A DNA stretch of 63,617 nt, the filler included, from Reticulomyxa filosa (Eukaryota > Protista > Foraminifera): the NCBI GenBank assembly GCA_000512085.1. It is 23 parts of 23 records of this genome, joined end to end, with 100 filler letters (N's around TTAATTAATTAA, not from the genome) between each part and the next. Parts side by side here need not be neighbours in the genome. Positions count along the whole stretch, not along the records: positions 1 to 10,992 come from ASPP01007394.1; positions 11,093 to 15,408 come from ASPP01005106.1; 21 more parts are not named here. One strand, 5' to 3'. The translations under genes and the position numbers were made by a program. This document shows positions 1-13,236 of this stretch, piece after piece (the stretch's first letter is position 1; every line of letters starts with the position of its first letter). The notes under the pieces are model-generated. The model searched no databases, had not been told where the DNA came from, and was given only the letters and a program-made list of their open reading frames with translations.

Positions 1-105
1 AGTTGCTTCTTGTATGTTGGGTTGATTACTTATTTGTGTGAATACGTCTTGCAAATTTTCGCTTAAAAAAAAAAAAAAAAAGAAGAGGACGTATATAAAT
101 ATAAG

Positions 106-1569
106 TGGAAAGAGTTTGTGTGGTTTGGACGCAGCTGAAGAATATGTATTTGAAACAAAAGAGGTTGGAAGAAAATTGGAAAAAGACAATGATGAAAACA
201 TCCTTCAAGAAGAGGTAGCTCGTGTTAAAGCATTTCCAAAGAGTGCACAATCAGCGCCTCATCTTTCTGGACATCGCCAAAGCAGCTCTTACCAGTTGGT
301 CATATCAGACGAAATAGGCGCTGATGGCACTCCAGCTATGACTGATACTGCAAGTTCGTCTGGAAACAATAATTCGAATACCAACCAACTGCCGCTCTCC
401 GGAACAGGAGCTGGGGTCAATCGAACCAGTCCACGTACACTCACTTCGGGAAGTCAGCCAGTGACGCTGCAGCCAAAAAAAGCTAATTCTTCTCATGACG
501 TCGGAGCAACCACTGAAATGTCCAAGAAAACAGCTCTGACGGGAGAAGATAACAATACTGTTAAAAGCACTAGTTCAGCAAATGATAGTGCCGTGACAAC
601 ATTGAGTCTAAATCCTTATGGAAGCCTCAATCGATCTGTCCATTTTTTTCCATTTGCAAACACTATTTCCAATTCTCCCAAAACAACGCCAAGACAAGCG
701 GCTGTAGATGCATCTAAAATGCGACAAGTAAGCACCCGCAGTGACATGACCACATCCCACTATTCACGATATGGAGAAGCGTTGGAAGAGGAAGTTGAAT
801 TTGGTTGGTTTATTTTTCTTCTTCAATCCTTTTTCTATACTTATGTTACGAACATACGCATATATCGTGCAGGAGGGGTAGGTAACAACGACAAAGCCTT
901 TGAAAGTTTTACAACTTCTCCTGAAACAACGGCTCGAGATCGTGCCAACTCAAGAGAACCTGTAGAAAACCTGAGGTATTCATCTGCGCCTTTGCTTCCG
1001 TCGGAACCTCTTAAAGATAATTTAAGCGAGAAACAATCTCCTGAGAAAAGATGGTCACTAATAAAAGGAAACGAAGAGAAAAGTGCTGTGGATACACCAA
1101 AAGAGATTCCAGTAATGGAACACGAAAAAAGTAATTACTTGTCGGTAGTAACCAAACATAGGGAATCTTGGAGTGGAACATCCTCCAAAAGTAAGCCTCG
1201 CTCTGTGTTGCGGTCATTATCTATTTTTTTCTTTCCTCAAAATTATACTACATTACCTTCACAAAAAGCTTTTACGGATTTTATCAATCGACATGGCCCA
1301 ATAGAAGAGATAAACGAAAACATGTCAGAGGACTTAGTACTTATGATATTGGATGCTTTGGATGCTTGTTTGCTGTCTGTTCTTAAAAATATGCGCAAGC
1401 CTTTCGCTCGATTTCAAATGACAGCGGTATGTTGGGTCTGTTTTATTTTTTTTCCCCAAGTCAAAACAAATTATTCATGTCCAAAGTGTTTGTAAGTGAA
1501 AAAAATGTTGTGATTACGCGTCAGGCTTTTGAAAAATGGAGACAAGCACGAGAAATTGAAAGCAGATGA
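106..1569 (+). CDS. 5'-partial protein with long Ser/Thr-rich region and C-terminal RGS-like helices
   Basis: ORF 38-1495 continues over a GT(1427)..AG(1524) intron into AFEKWRQAREIESR* (stop 1567-1569). FTDFINRHGPIEEIN...LDACLLSVLKNMRKPFARFQMTAAFEKW resembles the RGS C-terminal half (FI...P.EIN...LM..D.F.RF). Confidence 0.45.
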
Positions 1570-1969
1570 TTTCTACAGGAGCATAAATAACAAAAATTAT
1601 CCATTATTTTTTAATAATTTTGCAAAAGTGTCTAAAGATAAAGCAAAGATGAAATGTAATTAATCTTTCTTTGTCTCCATTGTGAATTTTTATGCAAATT
1701 CAAGTGAATCTTTTCTTGTTAAAGACTTGAGTCTTTTTGACTTAAGGCTTTACAAGCTCTGTTTCTGAAAGTTTAAACACAGTTTGTTTCAAATCATCTA
1801 TTAATCAATCCTTACAGGAAATTTTTGAATAGAAACAAATTTTCAAGCAGCCCAAGAAAGTAGGTAGTCCTCGTCCTTTTTGGAAAATTTAGCAAGGTAA
1901 AATTTTTTGGATGCTTCTACCAGATGAATGCAATTGGAATACGTACAATATGAACACAAACGACACCCT

Positions 1970-4900
1970 TCAAGCTCCAAAAGCTGATTTGGTGGCAAAC
2001 ACTCGTTCACTTTTGCTGTTAACTGTAGTTGCTACTGTTGGCTCTGGTTGTGATTTCCTTTGCACAGCAATGCCAAGAATATCCGCAATCTCCTCAAATC
2101 TCCGATTCATTTCCGAGCGCATCTTGTCAACTCTAATATCAAACTCATCCTGTCGTGTTACTACAGCCGGTTTGTCGGTTTTGTCTTTGGTAGGTTTTTC
2201 AGGCTTTTCAGGTTTTTCAGGAACGACCTCGTCTACCTTTGACTCTTTTAACAATGTTAACTCCAGCCTTTCAACATGACCATCAATTTTTTTCACGATC
2301 TCAGTAATATCATCTTCCTCTTTTGAAGCTTCTCTCACCTTGTTTCGATATTCATCACTATCTTCTGTTTTGTACATGGCTGATTTTTGCTTTTTGCTTT
2401 CTTCTGTCTCCTCAGCAACAAATCGACCAACGATGAAATCAGAAAGCAATGCAATATTTGCAGGGATAAATAACACAATTAACAAAGTTGGCCACACAAC
2501 TACCTTAAATGCGAGATAGGATACTATTTCAAAGATGTATCGATTCCTTCTGATAATATCAGGCTCACCATTTTCGATTTTGAAAGGACGAAAACAGTTT
2601 GGACACATTTCACATAGCTTGGTAGAAGGTACACCAAAGCGATCCGTTGTTGACAGCAAATCTCGCATATATTGTATATCTACAGGATCAATGTGGATGC
2701 TTTGTTCCTCAAACAATTGCAAATAATAATCAATATGCAATCTGTCATTGGTCAAATTGAAACGACAAAATCTGCAATATTTATTTTCTATCTGGAGAGA
2801 AGGAATTCTTGCAGTTCTGCGTTTGTAGGCCAGTTTACTTACTTTGACAATTTCACTGTCTAATACGTGGTAAGTCACACCTTTTGCGTTTACGATACAA
2901 TCCCATTGTTCGCTTGTGTCGGCGCCAACATTTATTTTGACAGCATTTGGAAGTATTGGAACGCTATTTAGAGCTTTTTTGTTTTTAATACGCTCATAGC
3001 ATGTTTTACGAGTAACAACTGCTCCTTTAATTTTTTCTTTTCCTTTGATGAATGTTACTTGATCTGATTTATTGTATTGCCATAATTCTTTGTTTAAAGG
3101 TGAAACAAACTCTTCATTGAATTGTCGATGTCCAAATGTCAATACCCAAGCGATAAGTTCAAATGCAGTCCAATACAAAAAGAATACCACTGAGAAAACG
3201 TTCAAAGGCGGTGGTGCGTTAGCTTTAGCTTGATCCAGTTCAAATGTTGTTTGAATTCGTTGCTTGTTTAGCTCCGTGTTTGATTTTTCTTTGAAGGAAT
3301 CAAATGTATTTGCCATCATGGCAATCAATAAATTAATCAATAAAATAGCTCCAAATACACTGAAAAAGAACATGAGCGTCAACACCAAATTGGACCTGGT
3401 TGGGTTAAATAGGTACTGACCACTGTCATTTTTCTGGCTGTTAATTTTTTCCCAGTCTTGTTGTCCCAAGATCGTTTGAAATATATATAAACAAACACTG
3501 GACAACGTGCCCAAGCGAACGTTTTGAACGTTGCTTAAATCAGTACCAATGATATAATAAGCACCAAATGTGACTCCAATCAAAAACAATACGGCAATCA
3601 AACCAAAATTAGAAATATCACTCAACATGTTGATAACCATGAGAATCAAAGGACCTGTGCCGTGGGAAATCCGCAAAAATATAACGACGCGTGACCACAA
3701 CAAGACACATTGCAAACTCCAAAAAAACATATATGCCTCCGTGGTTGTGGTGTTTCTGGTTTGAATCTCATCCAACTGCCCATTACTGTTGTAAATGACA
3801 TGAGGACTATTGATAAAGCGAAAATATGCCAATATGAGCCAATCAATTGCGATTAAAACATCCCAATAGTTGGACAATGAAGTAAAGTATTTTGTGGGTT
3901 CATCAACAAATTCCACAATTTTGTTAGCGACATAACCTGCAGAGGAAATCCATAAGACAATTTCAGGTAAGAGAAAGTCGAAAGTATAATCATAAGTAAG
4001 TGTCCACGTGACATAAGAAAATAGTACCAAGTACAATATATACAGTGTCGATGACGTCGCAAATTTACCAACGGGCGAGAAGTAAAAGTTTCCGGACTGA
4101 TTCCAGAGTTTGGTGTAAAAAGCGGTAATATCTAGTTGTGCTTCTTGGAAGGAAACTTCTGGACGTAAAAAGTCCATCCCGCCACTCCACATTGCATTAG
4201 CGACACGAACAATACGAGGCTCTTCCAAGAAATTGATAAGTTCATAGTACAAAGCCAACTCCATCACAGATAAGCCATCAATATCGGTTGGAATTAAGAC
4301 CAACATCGCAAACAAGTGATCACTTTCAATTTCCTTCAGCAGTTTCTTTGCAATTTCTTCGTAATTTTTGCCAATTTCAATAAAGTCTTCTTCGTTGGAC
4401 AGGTCAAATTTGGCACGGTAATTCATAAAGGCAGCCATTCGCAATGAAGAAGCAATTGGGTATCTACTTCCTTCAATGGCCGCTTTCACGACCTTATCAA
4501 ACTCTTCCAAAGTGTGCTTGGCCATCAAATAAGTATGCGCATTGAACAAGTCCAATACTTTGCTCACACCCATTTCCAAAGCCAAAAACTCCAAGACTCG
4601 CCACAAAGACAAACGAAACTTGGATTTCAAGGATTCACTGACAAATTCCCACAACGCCACACCAAACTCGTTCAAATCACAATATAACACGACTTTGGGT
4701 AACTTTCCAAAACGTTCTTCGTACGGTTCAGTTTCCAATCTCTCCATTATCATAGTCACATGTGAACGATAGCGCCGAAACGACTCAAAGCGAATATTTT
4801 CGGTGGTGACTTCTTTTTTTTCTTCCCGATGGATAGTGGAAGCAGTAGATCGTTTGGTGGACAGTTGTCGTTTGGTTTTTCTTTCTTTCGACTCTTCTTC

Positions 4901-6353
4901 CACTTCTTCGATCTCTTTATTATCGAGTTCTTCAACATAATTGAAATCTCCGCGACGAGGCGTGGTGAAATTTTGTGGCTTGGCCCTGTTGCTTCGTTTG
5001 AGTCCACCGTCGTCCACATCGATGCCAATGAGCGCCCCTTCCAACGTGTCTTTGTCCATTGACGCGTTGCTCGGCACTTCCATCTTGAACACATATTGTC
5101 GAATGGCCTCTTTCATTATGCGCAGTTTTACACATAAATAATCGTGAAAGATGTAATGTTTGTTGGTTTTATCGCATTTGTATGCCATGAAACAATCTTT
5201 TTCTCGAGTTTTTTTTTTAAATTTCAGCCGCACACCACAACCTGAACACGATATTGGCTTTTCCGATTTGTCTTGGTTGCCGAGCGCAGTCAATGCATCA
5301 AATTTGCCGCTCAACCCACCAATGGCACCCAATCCACTTCCTTCTTCACTATCTCCAATTACAAATTCGACAATAGATCCAGACCTTCCAGACTTTGAGT
5401 CTTCCTCTTTTGTATTGGTCTGTTCAAAGTATTTTTTTGGAATGTCTGGAATCTCTTGCAAATCGATACGTTTCAATTTATATTCCTTCACCGCCGATGG
5501 CACATCAAATCGGTTCAATACTCCTGCATCGACCATTGGCAAACGATCGATCGTGCTCATGCAATCCGCAACATTAATTATTTTCTCGTCAATGGGATTC
5601 ACCGGCCATGTTCTTAGTTTTTCTTCATTTCTTCGCAACCATTCCCTTCGAGCAATTTTGTCTTGATTGAAAAGGTCTGGATGCAACAACTTTATCACTG
5701 CTTCATCGATTATATTCTGTGCTTCTTTCGTATCTGCGACCGTCTTTTTTTTTTTTGTTCATTAAAAAAAAAATTGATATACGAGGGGCTACGTTGTTAC
5801 TATAGAAAAAAAAAAATTTTTTTTTTAAGCACCCCCTTTTTTTTTTTTATACTTTTTCTTTTTGCTTTGGCCTTTCATCCTTTTCTTGACCTTTCTCTTC
5901 CATGTTCCCTTTTTCATCTGGTCCAGGCCCTGCTGGGTCGTTGGCGCTTTGCTCTACTGACATGTCAATGTCACCATCGTCTCCAATGTCGAGTAGATCA
6001 TCGATCCTCTCAGTATCTGATTTTAAATTTAGTGCTTGATTGTCTGGCTTTTTGCCTGGCACTTGCAATTCTATTTGGCCCATCATGTTATCAATTAAAT
6101 CCTCACTTTTCCTTTTGCCAGGTTTTTCTTGCTCCTCGTTTGAGTCTTCACCGTCAAGACCTGCCAAATCGTTGTTCATTACATCATCCAATATGTCGTC
6201 CACATGATCCTCTTTATCCTGTTTTTATGTTTTTTCATATTGTGTTGTTAACGTCACACTGCTAATTCGTAGTATTCTTACCAATACTGAGTCCAATAAT
6301 GACCCAACATCAAAGCTGGTTTGCTTAGGTAATAGTTCTGGTTTTTTCGCCAT
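1970..6353 (-). CDS. TRP-family cation channel, ~1400 aa, 3 exons (6353-6282, 6218-5853, 5743-1970)
   Basis: Six-TM core with S3 SNYWDVL, S4-S5 GPLILMVINMLSDI, S6 ILLINLLIAMMANTF and post-TRP PPPLN. Two phase-0 GT-AG introns join the upstream exons in frame (ATG at 6353). Confidence 0.9.
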
Positions 6354-6660
6354 GGCGTCAATGAACAGCGATCAAATCAGAATTAAAAATTTTTGCACTG
6401 AACATTTTAATCTTTCTTTTTTCGATGAAAGTGTCTTTGCGGCTGATTTTAGTTCGAGATAGGACGAGCTTGTGGATTATTTAAAGAATCAAAAACTTGT
6501 GATACGGATGATTCTCAGAATAAAACAAAAATCACTTCGTTGTGGAAAAAACTAAAAAAGGAAACTCAGACTGATAGCAAATAAAAGATAAGCTAGAACA
6601 GAAAGAGAATACACAACAGACAAGATCCATATTCGAACGTTTGGGAAAACAATTGTCAAC

Positions 6661-9600
6661 TTACAGCATAAAAATATTGCTGAAAAACTCTTGCTCTAAT
6701 TTGTCCATGAGGTCTATGGATTTGTGTAAAAAATGTGTGATATGAATGTAATAAAAAAGAAAACAATTGTATATGTAATATTTTGAGAATTAATACCTTG
6801 TAATTCCTTGAGATGTGACGCTTCTGAATTGTCAACAAGTAAATACAGCTCTCGTCCAACAAAATGCGATTTCCTAGCCACCACCCAGCCATCGGATGTC
6901 TTGGCGCACACTTCTGATATTGTACTTGATGACCTGAGTATTTTGCGCGATTATTTTTGTCTTTTTCTGGTATTTGAAGTAATTTCGTGAGACAAAAGAT
7001 CAAAATGCAAAAGAGAAAACTAAACTGTTCAAAGTCGGCATGTATATTTCGCAAAGTTCGACATGTGTCACTTGACAACTTCTTGCCAGGGGCTTTCAAA
7101 ACTGACTTAAGTGCCAAGTTTTGATGATTAAAATACAAGTAGCGAAAGTTACTACTTTTGGTGGCCGACAGGGCTGTTTGAGCATTGGGAGTATTTCCTC
7201 CTCCAGCAGTTCCACCAGCAGCATTATGCACGTTTCTGGCAGAGGGGGCACCTGTATGTCTTGCCTGTCGTCGATTTTGACGATTTTCATGCTGTTCCAG
7301 TTCTTTTGCAATTTCTTCCGTTTTTGGCTCGACAAATTTTTGTAATCGCACATAAAATTGGATGCGTTTTTCCCGCAAGTGTCTTCTCTCTCGGATAATG
7401 TTTTCCGCAGTTTGTCGTTCTCGACTCGAAGTGCTAGAATTTAGAGCTGCGGTTTTGGAGCCAGATTGATCCTTCAACGACAAATACTGTGGCACTAGTA
7501 CATTGCTCTCAATATCGCTATCCTTTCGTTTTTTTTCATTTTCACGAATCATTTCCTGTTGTTTTTTAAAGTACGTTCGATTGACATCATCACCTAATGG
7601 TCCCAAGTTCGGAACTGTGTCTGCTGATGGTTCCTGTGTTCCAATATTCACACAAATGGTATACATATCATATAAATATATACATATATATATATGTATA
7701 GATATAGATGTATATGTGTATATATATTTATAGCTAAAGATTTTGTTCTCATTTGATTTCTCACATTATCCAAAAAAAAGTTACTCCCATTGGGATTGAA
7801 AGAAAAAAAAAAAGCTTTTGAAGATAGAAAATAAAATGAGTTTAGTTGTGAGCAACATTCCTTGCCTTGTGGAACCTCATTGCCACTATCATTGTCATCG
7901 TTTTCATGTTCATTATCATTATCGTTGTCACTTTGATTATTGTTCAGTCTCAACTTTTTAATCAATCCGTCAAAAACATCTTCACCAACATTGACTGGTT
8001 GCAACAAAGAAGGGTCATCCATCAGCCAAAAAAAAAACAATTTATTGTATTTGTACACAATCAATCGATAAAATTTTCGGTCATTACTAATATACACAAC
8101 TGGCGTTTCCTCAGAATAGTATTCATCTGCACAAGGGCCAGTCACAAAAGTCCCTTTCATTTCTGGTAGCAATGGATTTCGACTGGCACGACGAACACTG
8201 TGTTGGTCTTTCTTTTATGTTTTTTTTGCCCCGCCCAAATGCAATGTATTCATTTTCATTTGCAAATTTGGACTTTTTTTTTTTTTTTGGTTAAACACAA
8301 TGATCAAATATCAACTGATTGGAAATGATCTTTGTTTCTCCAAATCCACTGTGGACGCAACACTTTTTGGAGTCTGGAAGGACTCATCTACCCCTCTTGA
8401 TGTGTCTTTGACAAGTGGGGGTTGAATGTGATCATCCATTTCCCCTTCATTCGCTTCATTGCTCTGTCGCGTGTCTTTATCAGCGACGCTGGAGACGGGA
8501 GTAGTTACGCCGTCAGTATTGATGCTCATTTCTTCTTTGTATTTTTCTTTGTAATACTCTTCCGTGCAAAGCTGCTGATATTTCGACATAAAAGAGTACA
8601 TAAAAGCGATGTTTGGTTCTTGGTTATTCGTATACAAGGCCCTCATATCTTCTTGAGATAGCCCACTCCATATCAACTTCCCATTGTACATCACACACAA
8701 CGAATGGAGCATTGGAAACTCGGACTGTACTTGATAATTCAAGTATTGCAATGTTAAATACGTAGTTCGATCCACTGCGAAAAATCGAAATCCTTTTTTT
8801 TTTTTTTTTTTTTTTTCCCCACATACACACCCCTTTATCTTCATCCTGTGTGTTTGATAACACTTTTTTTAAACAATAAAAAAAACCCCTTTTTTTTTTT
8901 TTTTTTTTTGTTTAACCATAAATGTCTGCATAGTATCGCAGCTGGTGAAATTGTACAGTAGGCAAGTAATATCTAAAAAAAAGTCTTAGACGATCCTTTA
9001 GGCCATCATAGCCGACGGTTGCAATGACGTGATTGATTGTTCCATGAAAAAACACAAATGTGGAATAAGCAGACGTAATGATAGTGCGCAATACCGAGTC
9101 TTCCAATCTTCTTCCATGTACTCTTCGCTGTATAACTCGTCCAACTCTCTTTCACAATTTCTGTCTTCAAGCACTCTTTTTTTATCATAAGGGTTTTTCT
9201 TCGCTTGTCCTCCTGTGTTCTCATGTTCATTGCCTGTGTTGTTTCCTTTGGTTTCTGCGTTGGCGTTCGAGCCGGTCTGTGATTGTCCGCCCACCCCCGT
9301 AGAAGAGAGATCATAGGTGTTGTCATATCGAGGATTTTTTAGTGCCAGTGCAAACCATATGTCTTTTTCTACTTCACAAAATGAAAACCGATGATGCTCT
9401 GTGTGTAATGAATTCGCTGGCAAGTGAGAAAAGTCTCTATTTAAATCCACCCAATAAATACATAAGCCAAAACTTTATTTGTCAATTTGTTCAAAAAACA
9501 TAACGATAATTATTCTCTCACAATACACTTACTTTGAAAAATTGACCAGGCCTGATACTAAACCAATGAAATTGGATTGGATTTGAACCGGCATATGCTT

Positions 9601-9705
9601 TGCTGTTGGGTAAAAATATAAAATCCTTTCTTCTTCATGCATTTCATCTCCCAAGGTAGGATTAAAGACAAAAAAGCAAGTCAATGCTTGGATTCTCTTT
9701 TGCAT
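6661..9705 (-). CDS. CCZ1: Vacuolar fusion protein CCZ1 (Mon1-Ccz1 Rab7 GEF subunit), multi-exon, with long low-complexity inserts
   Basis: N-terminus MQKRIQALTCFFVFNPTLGDEMHEEERILYFYP...IGLVSGLVNFS (first longin domain). Also FRYLYFNHQNLALKS, EVCAKTSDGWVVARKS...RELYLLV, and C-terminus FFSNIFML* (TAA 6661-6663). One apparent 1-nt indel near 9105. Confidence 0.9.
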
Positions 9706-9998
9706 ATTTTCTTATAATCCTGGTTGCTTCAAGAATATACGCGTGAAGGGGGCAAACAAAAGCTCTTTTTTCCCCCCCCTCCTGTGCGCTGCTTTTCAAA
9801 AGACAAACAAAGAAGCTCAGTTTAACCTTTTAGTTACAACAGGTAGAGAAGCTGCTTTGTAGTTGTTTTCGAGTGAATTTTCGAAAAAGTTTTTCTAAGT
9901 TTGTCTTCCTCCTTGCTTGCATTGTTGTTTCGAGGGAAAGTGGTTGAACAAAGTGTTTGCAGTATACAGTTCATCATAAGTGTGCTGAGATAATAAAA

Positions 9999-10965
9999 AT
10001 GACGACAACATATAACTCGCAGGTACTTAGTACAAAGGAAAGAAAAAAACAAGTAAGAGTGTACATAATATTGTGTAACAATAAACAATGGGGGGGAGGA
10101 CAGGCAACTCTTGAGACGATTGAAAAGCAGCTGCTTGACCAGTACACGGCACGTTTGGGCCAAGTGAAGGAAATACGTACAGGCCTGCAAGCACTTTTGA
10201 GCGATTTGGAAAAGGATGACGTAAGCGTCAAAAAAGGTTTTGGGCAGTTGTATCAAGTTATGGAAGGGTGCATTTCAAATAAAAAACGTGTACATATTTT
10301 CATGAAGTGCTTTCTGTTGACAATAAAATGATGAAACAAAAGATGATCGAAGAAGAGAAGAACAAGTTTAAGGAATTGACAGATCGATTGGAAGCGTTGA
10401 AGAATCAAAGAACAGACGAAATGAAGAATGATACAAAAGAAACAACAGTAACAACAATAACAGCAACAGCAGAAATAGGAGCAAATAAAGAAAAAACAAA
10501 CGAGACAACAGCCACAACAACAACAACCACATCCAATGCAGGTGTAACAGTTGACACAGCATCGAATGCAAATGCAGAAAATGTGAACAGCAACAAGGGT
10601 AACGAAATCGAAATCAACAAGCAGTTTACAATGCCACCACCAGTCGAGATCCCGTCGTTGGAAGTCGCAAACGTCCCACCGTTGCGAGAGCGTCTCCACG
10701 TCGAGCCTTTCCTTCGCAGTGAACTTCCGCAACAACATTTGGTGCAAATAAACACAGAGCTGGAGCCATTTGGCCAGGAAAACAAAAGCGAGGATGTCGT
10801 TACCGATGAAGATGAGCTGTCTGGACACTCGGATACGGAGCTTGACCAAGGGATCATTACTGTGTCCGAGGTGGAGACTGAAGACGAAGAAGAGGACACC
10901 GACACTGAAGAAATCGAAGCGCAATCCGAAGAACTTAAAAAAATACAAGCCGAAGAAACAGTCAA
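9999..10965 (+). CDS. Hypothetical coiled-coil protein with Thr-rich and acidic regions (3'-partial, intron-containing)
   Basis: ORFs 9957-10331 and 10307-11044 are linked across short introns and show heptad patterns. No family recognised. Confidence 0.5.
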
Positions 10966-10992
10966 GTTTTTTTTTTTTTTTTTTTTTTTTTT

Positions 10993-11092
10993 NNNNNNNN
11001 NNNNNNNNNNNNNNNNNNNNNNNNNNNNNNNNNNNNTTAATTAATTAANNNNNNNNNNNNNNNNNNNNNNNNNNNNNNNNNNNNNNNNNNNN
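10993..11092. other. Artificial contig spacer N44-TTAATTAATTAA-N44, first of 22. Others start at 15409, 19026, 22813, 23921, 25021, 28999, 31078, 32261, 34703, 38109, 42141, 45272, 47274, 48585, 50616, 54529, 55675, 57215, 58898, 61112, 62241
   Basis: Identical 100-bp unit each time. The 12-mer places stop codons in all six frames. Confidence 0.99.
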
Positions 11093-11162
11093 CTATGCCA
11101 AGTTTTGTGTCTGCTGTTGTAAGTTGGGTTCGTTTATTGTTATATATATATATATATATATT

Positions 11163-11195
<33 letters not shown>

Positions 11196-11259
11196 ATGTT
11201 TATGTATACATATATATATGCACACTATATGTATAAATTTTTTTTTGGACTCATGAAAG

Positions 11260-12319
11260 AGTCAATACTCGAGCTTGCATCGTGTGGTAATGAGCGCGTT
11301 AACGCTGAGGAGCTTGAGCGAGTTTTTGTGCTACCACTTGGGCGCCGCGATGAAAGGCAAGCGCGCGGCGGTGGAAGTGTGGCCACCGTTCAGTCCTTGG
11401 GCCATTTGGCAAAAACTCAATCTGGGACGCACGAGGGTCACGTTGGCCAGTTCAAACATGCTCTGCGTCAATTGGATTTCATCAAAGATAAACAACAAGT
11501 TTTATTCGAAGATGTGTATGCTGATTTAAGTGAAATTTATCAAGTTTTTGTTTTTTTTTTTTTTTTTTTTTGTATTGTTATGTTGGTGCTCGACACAACG
11601 TCACAACGTCACATTTTTTTTTTAAAAAAAAGGGCGATGATGGTCATCACTATTACTTCACCGATTTTCAACGAGACTACGAGTTGGGACTGTTTTCGGG
11701 TCTATTTAAAATAATTGCACCCGAACTCGTTCGCCAAAAAAATAAAAAGCTTGAAATTGTTCAATTTCCTTCTGGGCGCTGGGATGGTAAATGACGTCGA
11801 TCCTGTCACTGGCACGAGTGCCTTGTTTGAAGCCATTGAAATACTTGATCATGACCTAATTGATCGTCTGTGCGATAAAGGTGCACGCACAAATAACAAT
11901 GACTGGCAAAAACTGGGAGAAATGCTCATCGATCTCACCAAACGACAACAATATGAAAAAATTTCTGCTTTGGTCAATTTGGCTAGAAGAAGACCTGTTT
12001 CGTTTATTTTTTGTCAATTATCTCAGTGATATCATAAAATATGTGTACATATACATATGTATGTATTTGTTTGCTTTTTTTTTTTTTTTGTAATGGACAG
12101 GAAATTGAATTAGATCTTGACTATCGTGACAAAGAAATGGGTCGGACAGTGCTACATTATACTGCAACCGTCGGCAGAAAAGATATCGCTGAGTTGTATG
12201 TGCAGTCTTCATTGAATTGTGACATTTTGGCAATAGACAATGAAGGTTTAAACGCCGCCGATATTGCCAAAAGACATGGACATGCCGAAGTCGAAGAATA
12301 TCTTCGAAACCAATTTTAA
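11260..12319 (+). CDS. Ankyrin-repeat protein (5'-partial, introns, probable 1-nt homopolymer error near 11766)
   Basis: LEIVQF/LLGAGMVNDVDPVTGTSALFEAI, DYRDKEMGRTVLHYTATVGRKDIAELYV, DNEGLNAADIAKRHGHAEVEEYL. Confidence 0.85.
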
Positions 12320-13236
12320 TCATCCCCATTGTATATACTTAGGTCTTTTCAATATGCTGGTTATTATAAGTACGTACAAACCAACATTACACAAACAAGC
12401 AAAACCGACCATCGTTTTCTCTTGCTTTTGTTTTTTTGTTTTGTTCATGTGTTCTGTTTTTTTTGTTGTTTTTACAAAAATGATAATACATCTTTTAAAG
12501 GGTGAGAGATTGTAGCTCCAAACCTTTTTTTTACATACCCGAGAGAAAGAAAAAAACACTACATTTAAATTCAATTTTTCCCACATTTTGGAAGGGAGAA
12601 AACACAATGTAAAAAATGAAAAAATGGTTGACTCATCTTGAAAGATTAAACTTATGATTTCAATTCAACCATAATTTGCTAATAAAAAAAAACACTTACT
12701 TTCAGAGGTGTCTTTTTTTTTGTGTTTTTGGATTATTGAGTGATCTTTTTTGTAATGCTGTTTTTTAATGTGTTTATTTTCCAAAATTATCTGTACAAAA
12801 TATTTGGAGTTTCTTATGAGCGGGGTATATCTATCAAAAATTTAGTTTTTTTTTGAACTTGTGCAAGAAAAAAGGATCTATTCTATCATTTTCGAACTAA
12901 TTTTTTGTTTCTAAGACAAACAAACTGTAACACTTCGATAGTCAAGTTTTTAGGAACTACTTCAGTGTGTCAATCCTAAGGAAAACACATCATTTCAAAA
13001 TAAAAGTGGAGTCTCTAAGAACAAAAAGAAAAATCAATAATTTCACTTTGACACATAAGGATATTTGCTTAAACTTGGTACAAAAAGCAAGGCAAATAGC
13101 GAGACAACTACGTAAAATTTGGCTTTGACAAAAGGAAATCATGTTTATCACAGTTACGACAATTTAAAAAAATGAAAGCGACCAAATGCTAGTTTGCCGC
13201 AAGTTGTGGATTTTATTATTTGATATTGTAAGACTT

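Noticed and set aside
9095-9115. Frameshifts in CCZ1, the ankyrin gene (~11766) and the bacterial GT4 (~32450) as programmed frameshifting
   Set aside because: Each is fixed by +/-1 base in a short T run, and the pattern also affects the bacterial contig. This is typical homopolymer sequencing error.
10253-10965. Cys/Leu/Val-rich antisense ORFs (also 18367-18852, 24098-24403, 56075-56374)
   Set aside because: Reverse-strand readings of trinucleotide-like low-complexity coding regions.
11037-11048. Recurring TTAATTAATTAA as a biological repeat or CRISPR-like array
   Set aside because: Always centred in N-runs of fixed length. It is a six-frame-stop assembly linker, so gene neighbourhoods across spacers are meaningless.
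11140-11230. (TA)n/(TATATG)n tracts and YIYI-type ORFs as functional elements
   Set aside because: Intronic microsatellites found throughout the window, often at contig breaks.
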